From NCBI RefSeq assembly GCF_009914755.1, contig NC_060928.1: a DNA stretch of 64,000 nucleotides. One strand, 5' to 3'. The notes under the pieces were generated by a model that ran no database searches, had not been told where the DNA came from, and worked only from the letters and a program-made list of their open reading frames with translations. Below are positions 13,701 to 27,931 of the stretch, piece by piece; the stretch's first letter is position 1, and each line of letters opens with the position of its first letter. The stretch comes from the human T2T-CHM13v2.0 reference genome, Homo sapiens. A program made the position numbers and the translations under genes.

Positions 13701-14085
13701 TGTCTCAAGTCTGTCTTTCCTTGGTAGCACTTGTTGCAATTGTAACTGTCAATTTTTACAGGATTGGTATATGTCTATCTGCCTCCTTTGTAGGGTCTAC
13801 TATTTAAGCAAAAATTGTCACTGTTTCATTTGTTTAAATAGCCCTAAAAGTAATCCAAAGTATCTAGATAAATATTTTTGAAATAAATATTTCAAAAATA
13901 AATATTTTTGAAATGAATTAACTGAATATAATGAGGGAGAAGTCAAGCCTCAGAATTTGATCCTCCAAACCAACCAGTAGTCATGCTTTGAGTACATGTT
14001 TGACACTAGAGAAGGTCTAACCTTTCTCATTTCTCATCCTTGTGCCCAAGTTAGGAGTGATGCTGATGAATAATAAAAATAATAT

Positions 14086-14575
14086 TGAAATTGGCCCAAT
14101 TTTCCCATAGAGCTGATGTTTACATTTTTTTGAATAAGCATAGAAATTGCTCCTCCTGGTCTTAAAACTTGAGACTTACATTTGTCTCATCTACGTTCCT
14201 TTCTCAGAAAACCTGCCATCAGTTCTCCCAGATAGTATCAAGGAACTGAAATGTACCAGATCACTACATCCAGATAATGAACAACAAAATCCTCATCTAT
14301 CATGATTGTCCAACTGACTACACGCTTTCTGTTGATCAACTCCTCTTCTTTACCCCTCCCTAATTCTTGTTTTTTTGTGCATAGTTACATTCCTTCCCTA
14401 TTATATAGACCTCTAATTTTAGTCAACTGGAGAGGAGGTGAAACTAATCTCCTGTCTCCTGGCTAACATCACCCAAATAAAGACTTTCTTTCCTGGCAAT
14501 ACTCGTTGTCTCAGTGATTGGCTTTCTGTGAGGTGAGCAATGGGATCTAAACTGAACCCCTGGTGTTTGGTAATG
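14086..14575 (+). mobile_element. Solo ERV LTR (LTR47-like)
   Basis: TG start tgaaattggcccaattttcccatagagctgatg; cccagatagtatcaaggaactgaa; aataaa; end ctgaacccctggtgtttggtaa. Confidence 0.75.
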
Positions 14576-16455
14576 GTATTATAGAACAAAGATTTAGAAG
14601 TAGATAAAAATCAAGATGTAGAAATTTAAAAGAGAAACTTGAGTCATCAAAATCATAGTCTGAAAATTGTCATTTAAAGATGAAACCAGAGTTGTGAATT
14701 GAAATGCTGTCAGTATCTTTTTAACCAGGCTTGATATTGCAGTAGTGTTACATTCAGGACTTACATAAATTAGTGCTTATTAGGGGTATCTATATTCAGT
14801 GCTTGCCAGTTGCCAGTGATAAATTATATATCGTTTGTACATGAACATAGCATATTTGAGTGTGAAGACTTAATATTGGGTTATGGTGGGGTTGGGGTGG
14901 GGAAGGAGGACTCCATTCAATAGTGAAATATATGACAAAAATTAGTGTAATTATTTGAGATTTCTTAAATCTAATCTTTATACAATTTATTGGTTTTATC
15001 TATAAGATTTATTTTCATCATGCACTCATTCATTTTGACTAAGCTTTGAAAATGCTAAACTTGAAATTCATGGTAATTGTTATAACTTCCTAAAAATTGT
15101 CTCTTCTCGTGGGTAATAGTTTATTTCTTTATAGATTTGGCATCAGCTTATTTCAACTGAAAGAGCTAAAAGACCATAATGCAGCTAATTAACTCACTGA
15201 TTTGTAGCTTCTTAATGACTTATTTATTTTAAAGGAAACTAATTAAGTGTTTCAGAATACACTGAAAATTACTTAGGAAAGACTTATTAGCTCCTACTGT
15301 GTCATGCTCAAGATAATAAAATGTAAGGTACCATGATACAATGGATGAGGCTCCAGATGGCTAGCCAGGAAGCTTGTATTTTGTTCTTTTCTGTCATTAA
15401 CTAGTTGTTTTGCCTTGGGCAAGCCAGACATTTTACCAATACATATTTTTCACAGATAAGTTTAGTAAAACAAATGATGTGACATACACATATGTTTAGA
15501 AAACTGCCAAAATCTTATGCTGAAATTTGGCTTTTTCATTGAATACCATGACTCTTTCGGTCAGGGATATTTTTAATTGAAATGAAGAGAAATCCACTCA
15601 ACCTTGTTTATGTAAAAGAGCGCTGAATGGTGATAGTAGTATCTTATGAGACTCAAATGTAGAAAAAACAGACAAACTTCAGCAAAGACTGAGCACCATA
15701 AAATTAAGAATCTGATTGATTCATCCCAGTTCATGAATTCAACTCCTGGTTGAAATTGCTTTAGCAAAAGAGGTTCAAAATCACTTTGCAAACTTGTAGT
15801 TGTAGGGGCCTTGACTGACAGACTTGTCTACTAGTTTTCCTTAAATAATTTCTCATTCATGACATTTGGTTTTTTATAGCCCAACTGCTGAATGGATATT
15901 TAAAGTAGTCTGGGGTTTATATTGTTTTGTATTTAACAGTTTGGTTTTGGTTTTGGTATACTAAGCAAGATTTTGAATAATTCAAAAGAAATATATCAGT
16001 TTATATAAAACTCAGTGAAAATTTATAGGATGAAGGACTTCTGAAATAGTGCTCCAGAGTTTCAGGCAGGAAAATGTTGAACAGACAGGTAAAAAGAGAA
16101 AGTTTCCTAGAACCTGTGATGGGAAAGAGTACGGAAAATACAAGAGACTAGAAGAATGTCAGCATGGCTGGAAGAGAGAAAGAGAGCACCAACCTAATAA
16201 CAAATGAGGCTGGAGAGCACTACAAGTACCTGATCATGTAGTGCCTTACAGATCATATTATGGACATGTATCTTCATAGCCCCATTAAGAGACAATTCTA
16301 GTGGTCAGGAAGAGAGTTGAGGGTAGTCTTGGTAATTTTAATAGCAGTAGGGGTGGAGAAGAGTGGAACAACCTAAGAGACATATAATTAATAAAATCCA
16401 CAGAATTTGGTGGTGGTTTGGTACTGGATGTGAAGGAGAAGAATGTCCTCAAGAT

Positions 16456-17089
16456 TGAAGTAGTGTCATTCATCTGGGATAACACCCAAGGTTTGTTGTC
16501 CCATGTCCACAGAAAACTAGGACATGGATACACCAGAATGAGGTTAAGAGTGGAAATTTAATAGGCGAAAGCAAGAGAATAGCTCTCTGCACAGAACGCG
16601 CGGTCCTGGAGAAAATGTGTTACTGCTTCTACAGTGAAATTCAGAAGGTTATATAAATGAGCTTGATGGGGTGGTGTCTGCTTTACATAGGGCATGAAAG
16701 ATTGGTCAGACCAGGTGTGCCATTTGCATAGGGTGCGAAGAAGCTGGCCACCCCACCCTAATCTTTATTATGCAGATGGCTTCTCTACTTGGCTAGTGCC
16801 ATGTTGCCTGGTTCTTTACTGTACACGTAGCGACAAAGAAAAGTGAAGATGGAGCCTTCGTGTTGAACATACCTGGCTTCCAGATAGCCTTTTCTATTGG
16901 CACAGCTGTCGGCATTCCCCTGTGCAAGCTTCCAGCTTGCTTATCTATGTTTGCAGTTCGATTTTTCAGGCTGCTTTTTGTTAAAAAAGAAATGATTTGG
17001 GAGCTGCTTTTTGCTAAAAGGGAAGCCGTGCTGAGGACTCCTTTACCCTCTCTATTTGCCTAAATAATTTCTTTCTAGCTCCTGTATTA
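16456..17089 (-). mobile_element. Solo LTR9-like (ERV1) LTR, same sense as GLRA3
   Basis: Minus strand starts taatacaggagctagaaagaaattatttaggcaaatagagaggg (LTR9 start) and ends ...ctacttca; 4-bp TSD (a/g)gat; interrupts L2-like sequence. Confidence 0.8.
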
Positions 17090-17095
17090 GGATGA

Positions 17096-17570
17096 GTGTG
17101 GTGGCTTTAAAATTTTTTCTCAAATTTTTTTGCACTCCTCTCTTCAAAGAGTGCTGTTCAATTTCCCTCCTCTTGAAATTTGGCTGGGTAAAGTGACTTG
17201 ATTGTGCATGAATTTTGTGGTTAGGTCATAAAATGCATTGTAACTTCCATCTTGCACTCTTTTGGATCACTGACTCTGGGAAGCTAATCATCATGTTGTG
17301 AGAACACTCAAGAAGCTACAAGGGAGAAACCAAGGGCTTCTACCAGTAGGCTTCATTGACTTCCTGCCCATTTCACTGAGCCATCTTGGAATCAGCTTCT
17401 CTATTTCAGTCAAGACTTCCTCTGACTTGACTGAGATCTTGACATAAACCTCATGAAAGATTCAGAGCTAGGACACCTACTTAAGCAGCTCCTGAATTCC
17501 TGACTCACAGAAACTTTGAGGCTTACAGGTATTTATTGTTGTTTTAAGCCACTTAAATATCAGGGTAATA
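17096..17570 (+). mobile_element. MLT1F-type LTR
   Basis: tgtggtggctttaaa start; gccatcttggaatcag; ctcctgaattcctgactcacagaaact; ttgttgttttaagccact. Confidence 0.7.
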
Positions 17571-18316
17571 AAAAGTATTTTTTACCAAGAAGTTTCTGCA
17601 TAATAATAAAACAGGTTGATATAGAACTCAGTAAATTTTCAATAAACCATAACATTTATTATTTTTATGGATATTATAGAAGTTGGGTCTTCAAGAGGAT
17701 AGTTTAAATGAGGAAATGTTTCAGTGATGCTATTTGACAAAGGCAGTGATTCTTCAACTCTTCAAACTTTTGTGTAATTCCAGAGAGCAATAAAAACACC
17801 CTTGATTTGATTTAGAGTATCACTGTCTCTTTGGGAAGGGATCATGTGGAGCCTTTGTCCGGATATTACTTCAATGTCCTCTCAGAGAAAAGAGGTCTTC
17901 CTTGAAAAGATCAGGTGAAAGGTATAGCAAAGACTTTTCCTGAAGCTTATAACTCCTGTTCTTGTTCCTTGTAAACATTTTTGATAAATCACTTTTTTAA
18001 ATCTGGGATGTTCAATATTGTTAATTAGCATTTAAAATAATTAAGCTTAAAATTATAAACTTAAATCTGCAGCTTTACACACACATCTCATTATACTAAT
18101 CGCTGCATGCGTAAGACTTTCAAAAAAACAAGGTGTAATTCCCCAAAACAACTAAAAAGCAGGTTTTGAAAATCTAAGAGGAAACCAAACAACAAAATTT
18201 CAACATTCTTATAGAAGCAGAATGTTCTATAAGACATTGCAGAATATTTGTGCAGATTGTTAAGATAAGACAAAGCAGAATATTTGTTCCCCCATATTGT
18301 ATTTCATATACATAAA

Positions 18317-18660
18317 AGTTAGCCCTCTGTATCTGTGTCAAGTTCTGCATCTGTGGATTCAAAAAACCAGACATTGAAAATATTCAGAAAAAGAGGATGG
18401 TTGTGTCTGTACTGAATATGTAAAGGCTTTATTTCCTTGTCGTTATTTCCTAAACAATAGAGTATAACAACTATTTAAATGGCATTTACCTTGTGTTAGG
18501 TATTATCAGTAATCTAGAGATGATTTAAGGTATGTGAGAAGATATGGGTAGGTTATGTGGAAATACGACTTTATTTTATATAAGGGATTTGAACATCAGT
18601 GAATTTTGGTATCCTCGGGAGTCCTGGAATCAATCCCTTGTGGATACAAAGGGATGACTG
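18317..18660. mobile_element. MER2 (TcMar-Tigger MITE)
   Basis: Terminal inverted repeats agttagccctctgtatctgtg ... tgtggatacaaagggatgactg|ta; internal taggtattatcagtaatctagagatgatttaa. Confidence 0.85.
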
Positions 18661-20110
18661 TATATGTATCTGTATATATTTCTATAGACACCCATATACA
18701 TACAAAACACATATTCTTATATTCATTTAGTTGTATATATGTGGTAAAATAAAGTTATGGAAGACTGTATATGCAATAGATGAAATACCAATAAAGTCTC
18801 TGTAACTAAGGAATATACCTTCTGTTGGAAGAAACAGAAAATAAACAAAATAAACATATACATAATCAAGACAGTTAGAGACTGCTCTATGTTCTCAGAA
18901 GAAAATAGCCAGTATGATGAAATAGAAAAGACAGTCTATCTTGAATAGGATGCTTGAATAGACTTAGAAAGTCTTTACTGAGCTGAGTGTGAAGCAGACA
19001 AAAGAAGATACAGAGAACAACTACTTCAAACTTACGGTGTTGTAGCAATAATCAATCTACTGGAAAATAATAACATAAACTTGGTCTCTTATACCATGAA
19101 AATAACTTACAGATAAATTAAATCTCTAAATATATGTAAATTTTTAAATAAAACATTCAAAAATAGTTCAAGAGTAAGCACATTTCTATTTTCTTTCCCT
19201 TGCAGTGTTCATTAAAGGACTACTAAATGACTAAACACAGATTCACTTTCAAAGACAACAGGAAGGAGATAACAGCAAACGAGAAATTCCTACAAGTTTT
19301 ACAAGTTTCTGGGAGATGAAAAAGAAATAATCTATAAAGAGATTTATATGTATCTATCCAGAAAATTTTCAGAAATGATAAAAACAGGTATTGTCAAAGT
19401 TAAATGAGCCTATTTGAGATCAAAGGAGGTTAAGCTTAAATAGAGAATTGTCTAGACCTATTTTTGTAAACCTGCCAAAAATTATGAAGAGAAGATTCTG
19501 AAAGATTTCCTGAATGAATATTTTGAAAGAAAAAGTAAAACACAAAACAGTGAGACCACTTTTAAATTTTCATTTATGGAGCCTACAAGATAAAAAGATA
19601 AAGCCTTTGAAAATTCTGGGTGAGCATTATTTTCATTCAGTGTTTTCAATCCAGTTTTCCAGCCAATCTATGAATCAGAAGTAACTAAGCAGCCATAATA
19701 CATGGAATCAAATACTCTACCTGCATAAATGCTCTCCTGGAAAAATCTTTGAGAAAATACCATAGCAAAATGAGGAAATAGACAAGAAATAGACCAAGAA
19801 TCCTAGGAGCTGATCCAACTTAGAAAGTAGTGATGTGATTTCCTCAAATGAAATCCATGCAGAAGATCTTAGAAAACACAGATACAGTTTTGATCAGAAG
19901 AAGAGAGAACTCTAGGATGGTCGCTGTGCTGTGGAGTGCAGTGAAGTATGGAATGTATTGCAAAGAGGACATCATAGGTTTGAGAGTGGGAGGAAGAAAA
20001 TAAATATTTGAAAAAGCACTTAAAGCCAGAAGAAAACAAGTATGGAATTAAGGAAAAACAAAAGGTGAACCAAAAATAATATAAGGGTATTATTCAGATG
20101 TATGGATATA

Positions 20111-21272
20111 CAGTCATGCACCACGTAACGACATTTTGGCCAATGTCAGACTGCATGCAGAATTGTGATCCCAGAGGATTATAATGAAGCTGAAAAATTC
20201 CTATTGCCTAGTGATGTCATACCCATGGTAATATCATAGGGCAATAGATTACTCATGTGCTTGTTGTGATGCTGGTATAAACAAACCTACAGCATTGCCA
20301 GTCATATAAAAGTATACCACATACAATTATGTACAGTACATAATACTTGGATAATGATAATAAATGTTACTGGTTTATATATTTACCCTACTATACTTTT
20401 AATCTTTATTTTAGACTGCATGCGTTCTAGTTAGATTTTTCAAAGTTAGCTGTAAAATATCCTCAGGCAGGTCCTTCAGGAGGTATTCCAGAAGAAGGCG
20501 TTGCTATTGCAGGAGATAACAGTTCCACACATGTTATCCCTGAAGACTTTCCATGGGACAAGATGTGGAGGTGGAAGATGGTGATAGTGATAATCCTGAT
20601 TCTCTGTAGGCACAGGCTAATGTGTGTGCTTGTGTCTTAGTTTTTAACAAAAAAAAAATTTAAATGTGAAAAAAATTTAAACCTAGACAAAAGCTTATAG
20701 AATAAAGATATAAAGAATACATTTTATAAGCTGTAAAATGTCCTTTAAGCTAAGCATTGTTATCAAAGAGTCAAAAATTTAAAAAAATTGAAAGTTTATA
20801 AAGTAAGAGTTACCGTAAGAAAGAAAATATTTTTTAATTTAGTGTAGCCTAAGGGCACAGTGTTTAAAAATTCGACACTAGTGTACAGTAATGTCCTAGG
20901 CCTTCACATTCACTCACCACTCACTCACTGACTCACTTAATACTGCAAGCGCCATTCATCGTAAGTGCTCTATACAGGCAAATCATTTGCTTTTACCTTT
21001 AGCAAACGTAGTTTTACTGTATCATTTCTATGTTTAGATATGTTTAGACATATGTATACAATTGTGTTACAATTGCCTACAGTATTTAATACTGTACATG
21101 CTGTACAGGTTTGCAGCCTGGGAGCCATAGGCTGTACCACATAGCCTTGGTGTGCAGTAGGCTATTCCATCTAGGTTTGTGTAAGTACACTCTATGATGT
21201 TCATACAATAACTGTATCACCTAACAATGTATTTCTCAAAACTTTTCCCTGCTGTTAAGCAACAAACGGCTG
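20111..21272. mobile_element. Tigger3b/MER7B-type DNA transposon (~1.16 kb)
   Basis: TA|cagtcatgcaccacgtaacgac ... gctgttaagcaacaaacggctg|TA; internal cctcaggcaggtccttcaggaggtattccagaagaaggc and cacattcactcaccactcactcactgactcac. Confidence 0.88.
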
Positions 21273-21318
21273 TAGTCATAATAGTAAGAAAAATGTGAAC
21301 ATTTAAAAATGATTGCTT

Positions 21319-21631
<313 letters not shown>

Positions 21632-22956
21632 TGATTGCTTTTAGGAAGCATAACTCAGTATAAGGGAGGTAGGACTAAAGAATGCTATGAACAGCATTAG
21701 AGTGCTATCCTCACCATTTGATTTTTTAATCCATATGCAAATTTTACTTTAAAAAATAATTCAAAGTAAAGGATTAGAGATATAGAAGAAATTAAGACTT
21801 TTATAGAAGAGAATTTTATAAATAAGACAAAATAAAAAGCCTTAAAGAAAAGGCTGATTTATTTAGTACCCACACTTACTCATTTTCATCTTCAAATAGG
21901 TTTTGAAAATGTACAATGTGTCGAGCACTGTCTGAGGACTCTGGATTCTGCAATAAATAAAATGGAACAGAATCTTTGGTCTCATGGAGTTTACATTCTA
22001 GCAGAATGGAACATTATAAACCAGAAATATGAGAAATTGGTAAATTACATGCTATTTTGGAAGAAAGGAGCAGTTAGAGAAGAACAGAGCAAAGGACAAT
22101 CAGAAGTGAGAGGAAAGGAAACAAAAGATGCTGGACTAGAAACCTCCTCAACAGAATATTCACTTCTCTATTCTGTGGCAGAATGGATTAGCGGTGGGGA
22201 GAGGCAAGAACAAATTCTCAAGGCAACTCTCTCCCCTTCAAAGTAAAGGAAACACATGGAATGGATAAGTAGTATTAATCCCCTAATTAGAACATTTTTC
22301 TTAAATATATATATATTATATACATATGTATTTATTTGTGGTCACATATATTTGTAGAAATATATAAAATATAATCTGGAAAGAAACATATTAAATGATT
22401 TCAGTCATTATCTCCAAGAAGGGAACTAAGACAGTGTTGGCAACCAAGGGAAACTTTTCATTTATCCAAAATATTTGGATTTTTATATTGAAGACATAAT
22501 TATGTATTACCTAAGTAATTGTAAGTGAAATTAAATCCACATAAAGACTTTGAAATCCATTTTAATTAAATGGCTATAATGATTAGAGTCAAAATTATAA
22601 ATGCAAGTTTGTGGTTATATATCAATTACCACAGTAGCAGCTTCATACACAAGCTTTAAAAAAATGCCAGTTACATTCTAAATCCCTGTAGCAGCATTTC
22701 AGGGAAATAGTTTGTCAATATTACTTTCCTTTGTCAAATCCGTGAAATAGCAGTTGATTTCTTAAAATAAATCTCAAGCTATAAAATGTTTCTCATAGGT
22801 ATTGTTGCTCCTAGCTTCCTTCTGGGAAGGGATAGTCTTTCTTTTCTCTCTCATTCTTTTCATATGCAAAAAGACTTCCTCCCTAAGCCTGATTCTAGAC
22901 AATTCATCTTTACAGTTTGTTTTTGAAACTGTTTTATTCTAGTTGTGTTCATTCAC

Positions 22957-23035
22957 CACACACATAACACACACACACACACACAGAGATGCATGCACTC
23001 ACACAGACACAGACACACACACAGACAGCATGCAC
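22957..23035. repeat. Compound (CA)n/(CAGA) microsatellite
   Basis: cacacacataacacacacacacacacacagagatgcatgcactcacacagacacagacacacacacagacagc. Confidence 0.85.
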
Positions 23036-25756
23036 AAGGTACTTCCCCGCCTGTTTTTTTTTTTTTTTTTTAATGAAAAATAAACAGGGAATTTGCTCTG
23101 ACTCTAGCCTAGAGTGTGCTGTTGGATAACAAACTTAATAAAAACGTTCAGCTACCAATAAAATCAAAATTTGGAAGGTAAAATTTTCTTGGAATAGCAG
23201 ATGTTACCTTTTCTTTAGTCAGAAAAAGGTCAGGGCACCCCCAGAGTCACAAGAGTAATTATTCAAAATCCAGGATGTGGCCTGATCTCTGTTAATTTGA
23301 CTGTGCATTTTTGCCAAAGGGAATTTTATCAATTCTTTTGCTTAAATGTCATGTCCTCCACATTGCCTTTCTTGGCTTAGCTGAGCCAGAAATGATCCCT
23401 CCTCCACTAAATTCTTATAGGCCATAGGTTATATCACAAATGTGGTTCTCATTCACTGGTTTTCAATGTTGATATGTAATACTTACAAGTCATAATTCTC
23501 TTTACTAGCCTGGAAACTTAAAGGCTAAGGGCAGCAATCATGTCATATGACACATATGGTGAATTAGAAAAACAAATAACACAACTATGTTGCTTTGCTG
23601 TAATTTCTATAGTCCTCTAGAACTCAGTTTGATAACGGGTGGATCATTTGAAACTCAATTCAAGAACATTTTCTTCCTTATATTCTAAATATACCTCGAG
23701 CAGTTTAACTTACCAAAAGGTCACTGAGCATGATTTCAGGTACATTTTTCTAGTCATAATTTCAAAATGATTACATAAAATCAATGTGAAAAAAGTTGAT
23801 CAAGAATTGAGATTATCTTCTAAATCTTATTTGGTAAAATACTTCCTAGAACTTTAAAATAAGCACAAAGCATGTTTAAAATAAAAACACTATATACATT
23901 TTATTTTAATCTATGTGTATTATCAGAAAAATACTACAAAAATACTGGGAAAAAGTTATTTCACCAATCAGAAATAAGCAATACTGACAGAAATTACCAT
24001 TTTACTTGGGATATTTTAAGTTATAGATTTACAAAGGAAAAGATACAGCAATAGTACTAATGAAATGCATTTTTATAAATCTTCAAATCAATAAGATTCA
24101 GGACATAAAAGCATGATATTTTGAAGCACCAATCTCTAGAGTCTCCAGACTTAAAAACAGATGTACACAGATATTGCAGTGAAATCATTCTAAATTTATT
24201 TTTATAAATAGTATTGAACCAGCAGAGTAGGGACTCATTCAGATTATGGTAGATATTCATGCTTGTATAACTACAGATGTTTATGTTAATATCCCCTTTA
24301 AATGGAAGGCATTCTATCTTAAGTATATTCAAGACAGATTGGGCCTTTTTATTCCTGTAGTGCAAGAAGCCCTACCTCTGCCTGGAGAGAGAAAATGGCA
24401 TAGAACAAAGGAGAAAATTAAACAATAAAGCAGAAAAAAAGAGTCTATAATTAAAAGTGGTAAGGACAGGTAAATATAGCACTAGGAATGGTGTCATTCA
24501 ATTTCACTCTACTGAATATTACGCTATACCTCAAGGTTTTTATAGAATTATATTCTTTTTAAAAAGTAAGAGAGAGCAAAGTTTAGCAAGATGCCATCAC
24601 TGATGTTAACATTATTCTTAAGACTAATACTCAGTTTATACTTAAAGCTAATATTCTAGGTTACCCACTCTCTCACCTTTCTCTCCTTTTCTCACCCTTC
24701 CTCCGTCTTTTTTTCCTACCTTTCTTCTATCTATATGCCTAAACTATTATAGGCAAAACATTAACAGTTCCCCAGGAAACAAAAGGGTTCAGACAGCCTC
24801 TAAATTATAGAAGTTATTTCCTGTGGCAATAAGAGCACACGCGTTCCTTTAATCAAGCATAACAAAACCCCTAGAGACTGTGCTTTGTACAAAAAGGCTA
24901 GCTATTTTCAACATGTAAAGAAAATGGTTCAGAAATATAAGTGAAAAATATAAGCCAACACTGCCAACCTTCATGCTCATATATAGAAGAATTTTTTAAA
25001 AGAGTCAAATGTCTGAATTTGTTTCAGTCTCATATTTTCCAATGAAAAGATTAAATATTGTCCTATAATTCTAATTAAATGAGTCATATTTTACCTTTTA
25101 CAGAGTGATGAGATGATTATTTTTTCTCTAGAAAAGTCTAATACAGTGCTCCTTTGGAAAAATAAACAGAGAATTTTAATTAGGTGATGTGGGTCCTATC
25201 TCTGACTTTGCCACCAAAATTAGTGCAGCCTTAATAAATAAAGATCATTCCTTGGCTTCATTCACTTCCTCTTCAGAGCAATAGAAATGTCTGCTGCAAT
25301 GAGGCTGGACTGAATCCTCTATGAAAACTACAGCGTAGCCACACCACAGTACCAGAAATAACACAGACTTGGCTCTATTCTGTGTTGCCTCGTAACCAGT
25401 TGCATCAGCCTACACTGGTCTGTTTCATTGTTCATCTTTATCATACTTGAGACTTCCCACTTCAAAGATATAATTGTGCATTCAACTGATGAATTATGCT
25501 GAATTATGAAATTACAACCTCCAAATCTATAGCCTAATATATTCTGCCTCTATTCTAACCTCTTTCTATTTAGTTCCAAAGACTTAGCCCTTTTCTGATT
25601 TAAAATCTATCCTTCAACTATTGCTATTAAAACTTTTCTTTGTCATCTTTATTTAATGACTTTGCCCTATCTCTTCTGTATCCCTCTTGTCTCTTTCTAA
25701 GTATTTCCAAATCCGTTGATGTCTTTTCTCCAGACTATAAACAAGCTCACATCTTC

Positions 25757-26367
25757 TGAAACAGATGCCTTGGCGGGACTCACAAAGGGGTTAGCTCGTT
25801 TACTCAGCCCACAGCTCTCAAACCCTCACGGGAAGGGGAGCACACAGGTGAGAGTCTGCAGGAATCAGGACAAAGGCTTCTGGGCGCTGGCAGGAGTAGA
25901 ACTCTGTGTGGCTCTGCAGCAGCATCAAGGGGGGGTATCCATGACCCCAGAGCTCCAAAGAGCATGTATTACAGTGTGCTCTTTTAGCTTTGCTGTCCAT
26001 GGCTGGCTTAAGTGTTTAACAGCTCAATAGGGGGTCAGGGTGACAGCCTTTTGCACTTGCCTTCTTAGTACCTGAGTTCTTGATGGCATCCAGGAAGAAT
26101 CAGGTTGCATGAATGAATTGAAGGGTGGTGAATGTAGAGGATTATATTGATTAGTGGAAATGGCTCTCAGCAGGATGCGGAGCTGGAAAGGGGATGAAGT
26201 GGGAAGGCAGTCTTCCCCTGGAGTTTGGCCATCCCTGAGCGAAATTTTCTTCAAAGTTCCACTGTCCAAGCAGTCCCTCTGAAGTCAAGCTGCTTCTCTC
26301 TGATGTCCAGCTGCTTCTTCTCCTCTCTCTTTTTCTGCCACTCTGCCACTCTGCCAGTGGAGCTTGG
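25757..26367 (-). mobile_element. Truncated LTR1/LTR28/MER52-family (ERV1) LTR, 3' part only
   Basis: tgaaacag start (LTR ...CA end on minus); gtttactcagcccacagctctcaaaccctcacgggaaggggagcacacaggtgag; tccaggaagaatcagg; tctgccagtggagcttgg. Confidence 0.7.
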
Positions 26368-26376
26368 AAAGCTTGA

Positions 26377-27931
26377 TGTATTAGTTCATTTTCATGCTGA
26401 TCATAAAGACATAACTGAGACTGGGCAATTTACAAAAGAAAGAGTTTTAATAGGCTTACAGTTGCATGTGGCTGAGGAGTCCTCACAATCATGGCAAAGG
26501 AGCAAGTCATGTCTTACATAGATTGCAGCAGACAAAGAGAGAGAGCTTGTGCAGGGAAATTCCCCTTTTAAAACCATCAGATCTGATGAGATTTATTCAC
26601 TGTCACAAGAACAGCATGGGAAAGACCTGCCCCCATGATTCAATTACCTCCCACCATGTCCCTCCCACAACATGTGGGAATTCAAGATGTGATTTGGGTG
26701 GGGACAGAGACAAACCATATGATTCCATCCCCAACCTCATCCAAATCTCATGTCCTCAGATTTCAAAACCAATCATGCCTTCCCAAGAGTCCCCCCAAAG
26801 TCTTAACTCATTTCAGCATTAGCTCAGAAGTCCACAGTCTAAAGTCTCATAAGTGACAAGGCATGTCCCTTCTGCCCAGGAGCCTGTAAAATCAAAAGCA
26901 AGCTAGTTACTTCCTAGATGCAATGGGGTTATAGGCACTGGGTAAATACAGCCATTCCAAATGGAAGAAATTGAGCAAAACAAAAAGGCTAGAGGCCCCA
27001 TACAAGTCCAAATGCAGCAGGGCAATCAAACCTCAAAGCTCCAAGATGATCTCCTTTGACTCCATGTCTCACATCCATGTCATGCTTATGCAAGAGGTGG
27101 GCTCCCATGGCCTTGAGCAGCTCCACATTGTGGCTTTGTGGGTATAGCCCCACTCCTGGCTGTTTTCATGGGCTGGCATTGAGTGTCTCTAGCTTTTCCA
27201 GGTGCTCAGAGCAAGCTGTCAGTGGATCTGCTATTCTGAGGTCTGGAAGATGGTGGCCCTCTTCTCATAGCTCCACTAGGTGATGTCTCAGTAGGGACTC
27301 TGCGTGGGGGCTCCCACTTCACATTTCCCTTCTGCACTGCCCTAGCAGAAGTTCCCCATGAGGGCTCCGCACCTGCAGCAAACTTCTGCCTCATCATCCA
27401 GGCATTTCCATACATCCTCTGAAATCTGGGTGGAGGTTCCCAAACATCAGTTCTTGACTTGCGTGCACCCACATGCTCAACACCACATGGAAGTTGCCAA
27501 GGCTGGTGGCTTCCACCCTCTGAAACAACAGCCCAAGCTGTACCTTGGCCCATTTTAGTAATGGCTGGAATTGTTGGGATGCAGGGCACCAAGTCCCTAG
27601 GCTGCACACAGAAAAGGGATCCTGGGCTGAACCACAAAAACATTGTTTCCTCCTAAACCTCCAGACCTGTGATGGGAGGGTCTGCCACAAAGTTCTCTGA
27701 CTTGCCCTGGAGACATTTTCCCCATTATCTTGGTGACTAACATTTGGCTTCCCATTACTTATGTAAATTTCTGCAGCCAGCTTGAATTTCTCCTCAGAAA
27801 ATGGGAGTTTCTTTTCCGTGGCATCATCAGGCTACAAATTTTCTGAACTTTTATGTTGTCTCCCTTTTAAAAATGAGTGCACGTGGGAATTCAAGATGAG
27901 ATTTGGGTAGGGACACAGCCAAACCATATCC
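26377..27931 (-). mobile_element. THE1 (A/B) MaLR element: intact LTR 26377-26722, internal sequence 26723-~27875, ~50-nt remnant of the other LTR
   Basis: tgtattagttcattttcatgctg...aaaccatatga LTR; THE1-int motifs (aagctccaagatgatctcctttgactccatgtctcacatcc); 5-bp TSD cttga at 26372-26376 and 27932-27936. Confidence 0.9.

Noticed and set aside
25716-27690. Dense ORF cluster of up to 145 aa
   Set aside because: Lies entirely within LTR1-like and THE1 sequence. These are broken remnants, not an intact gene.
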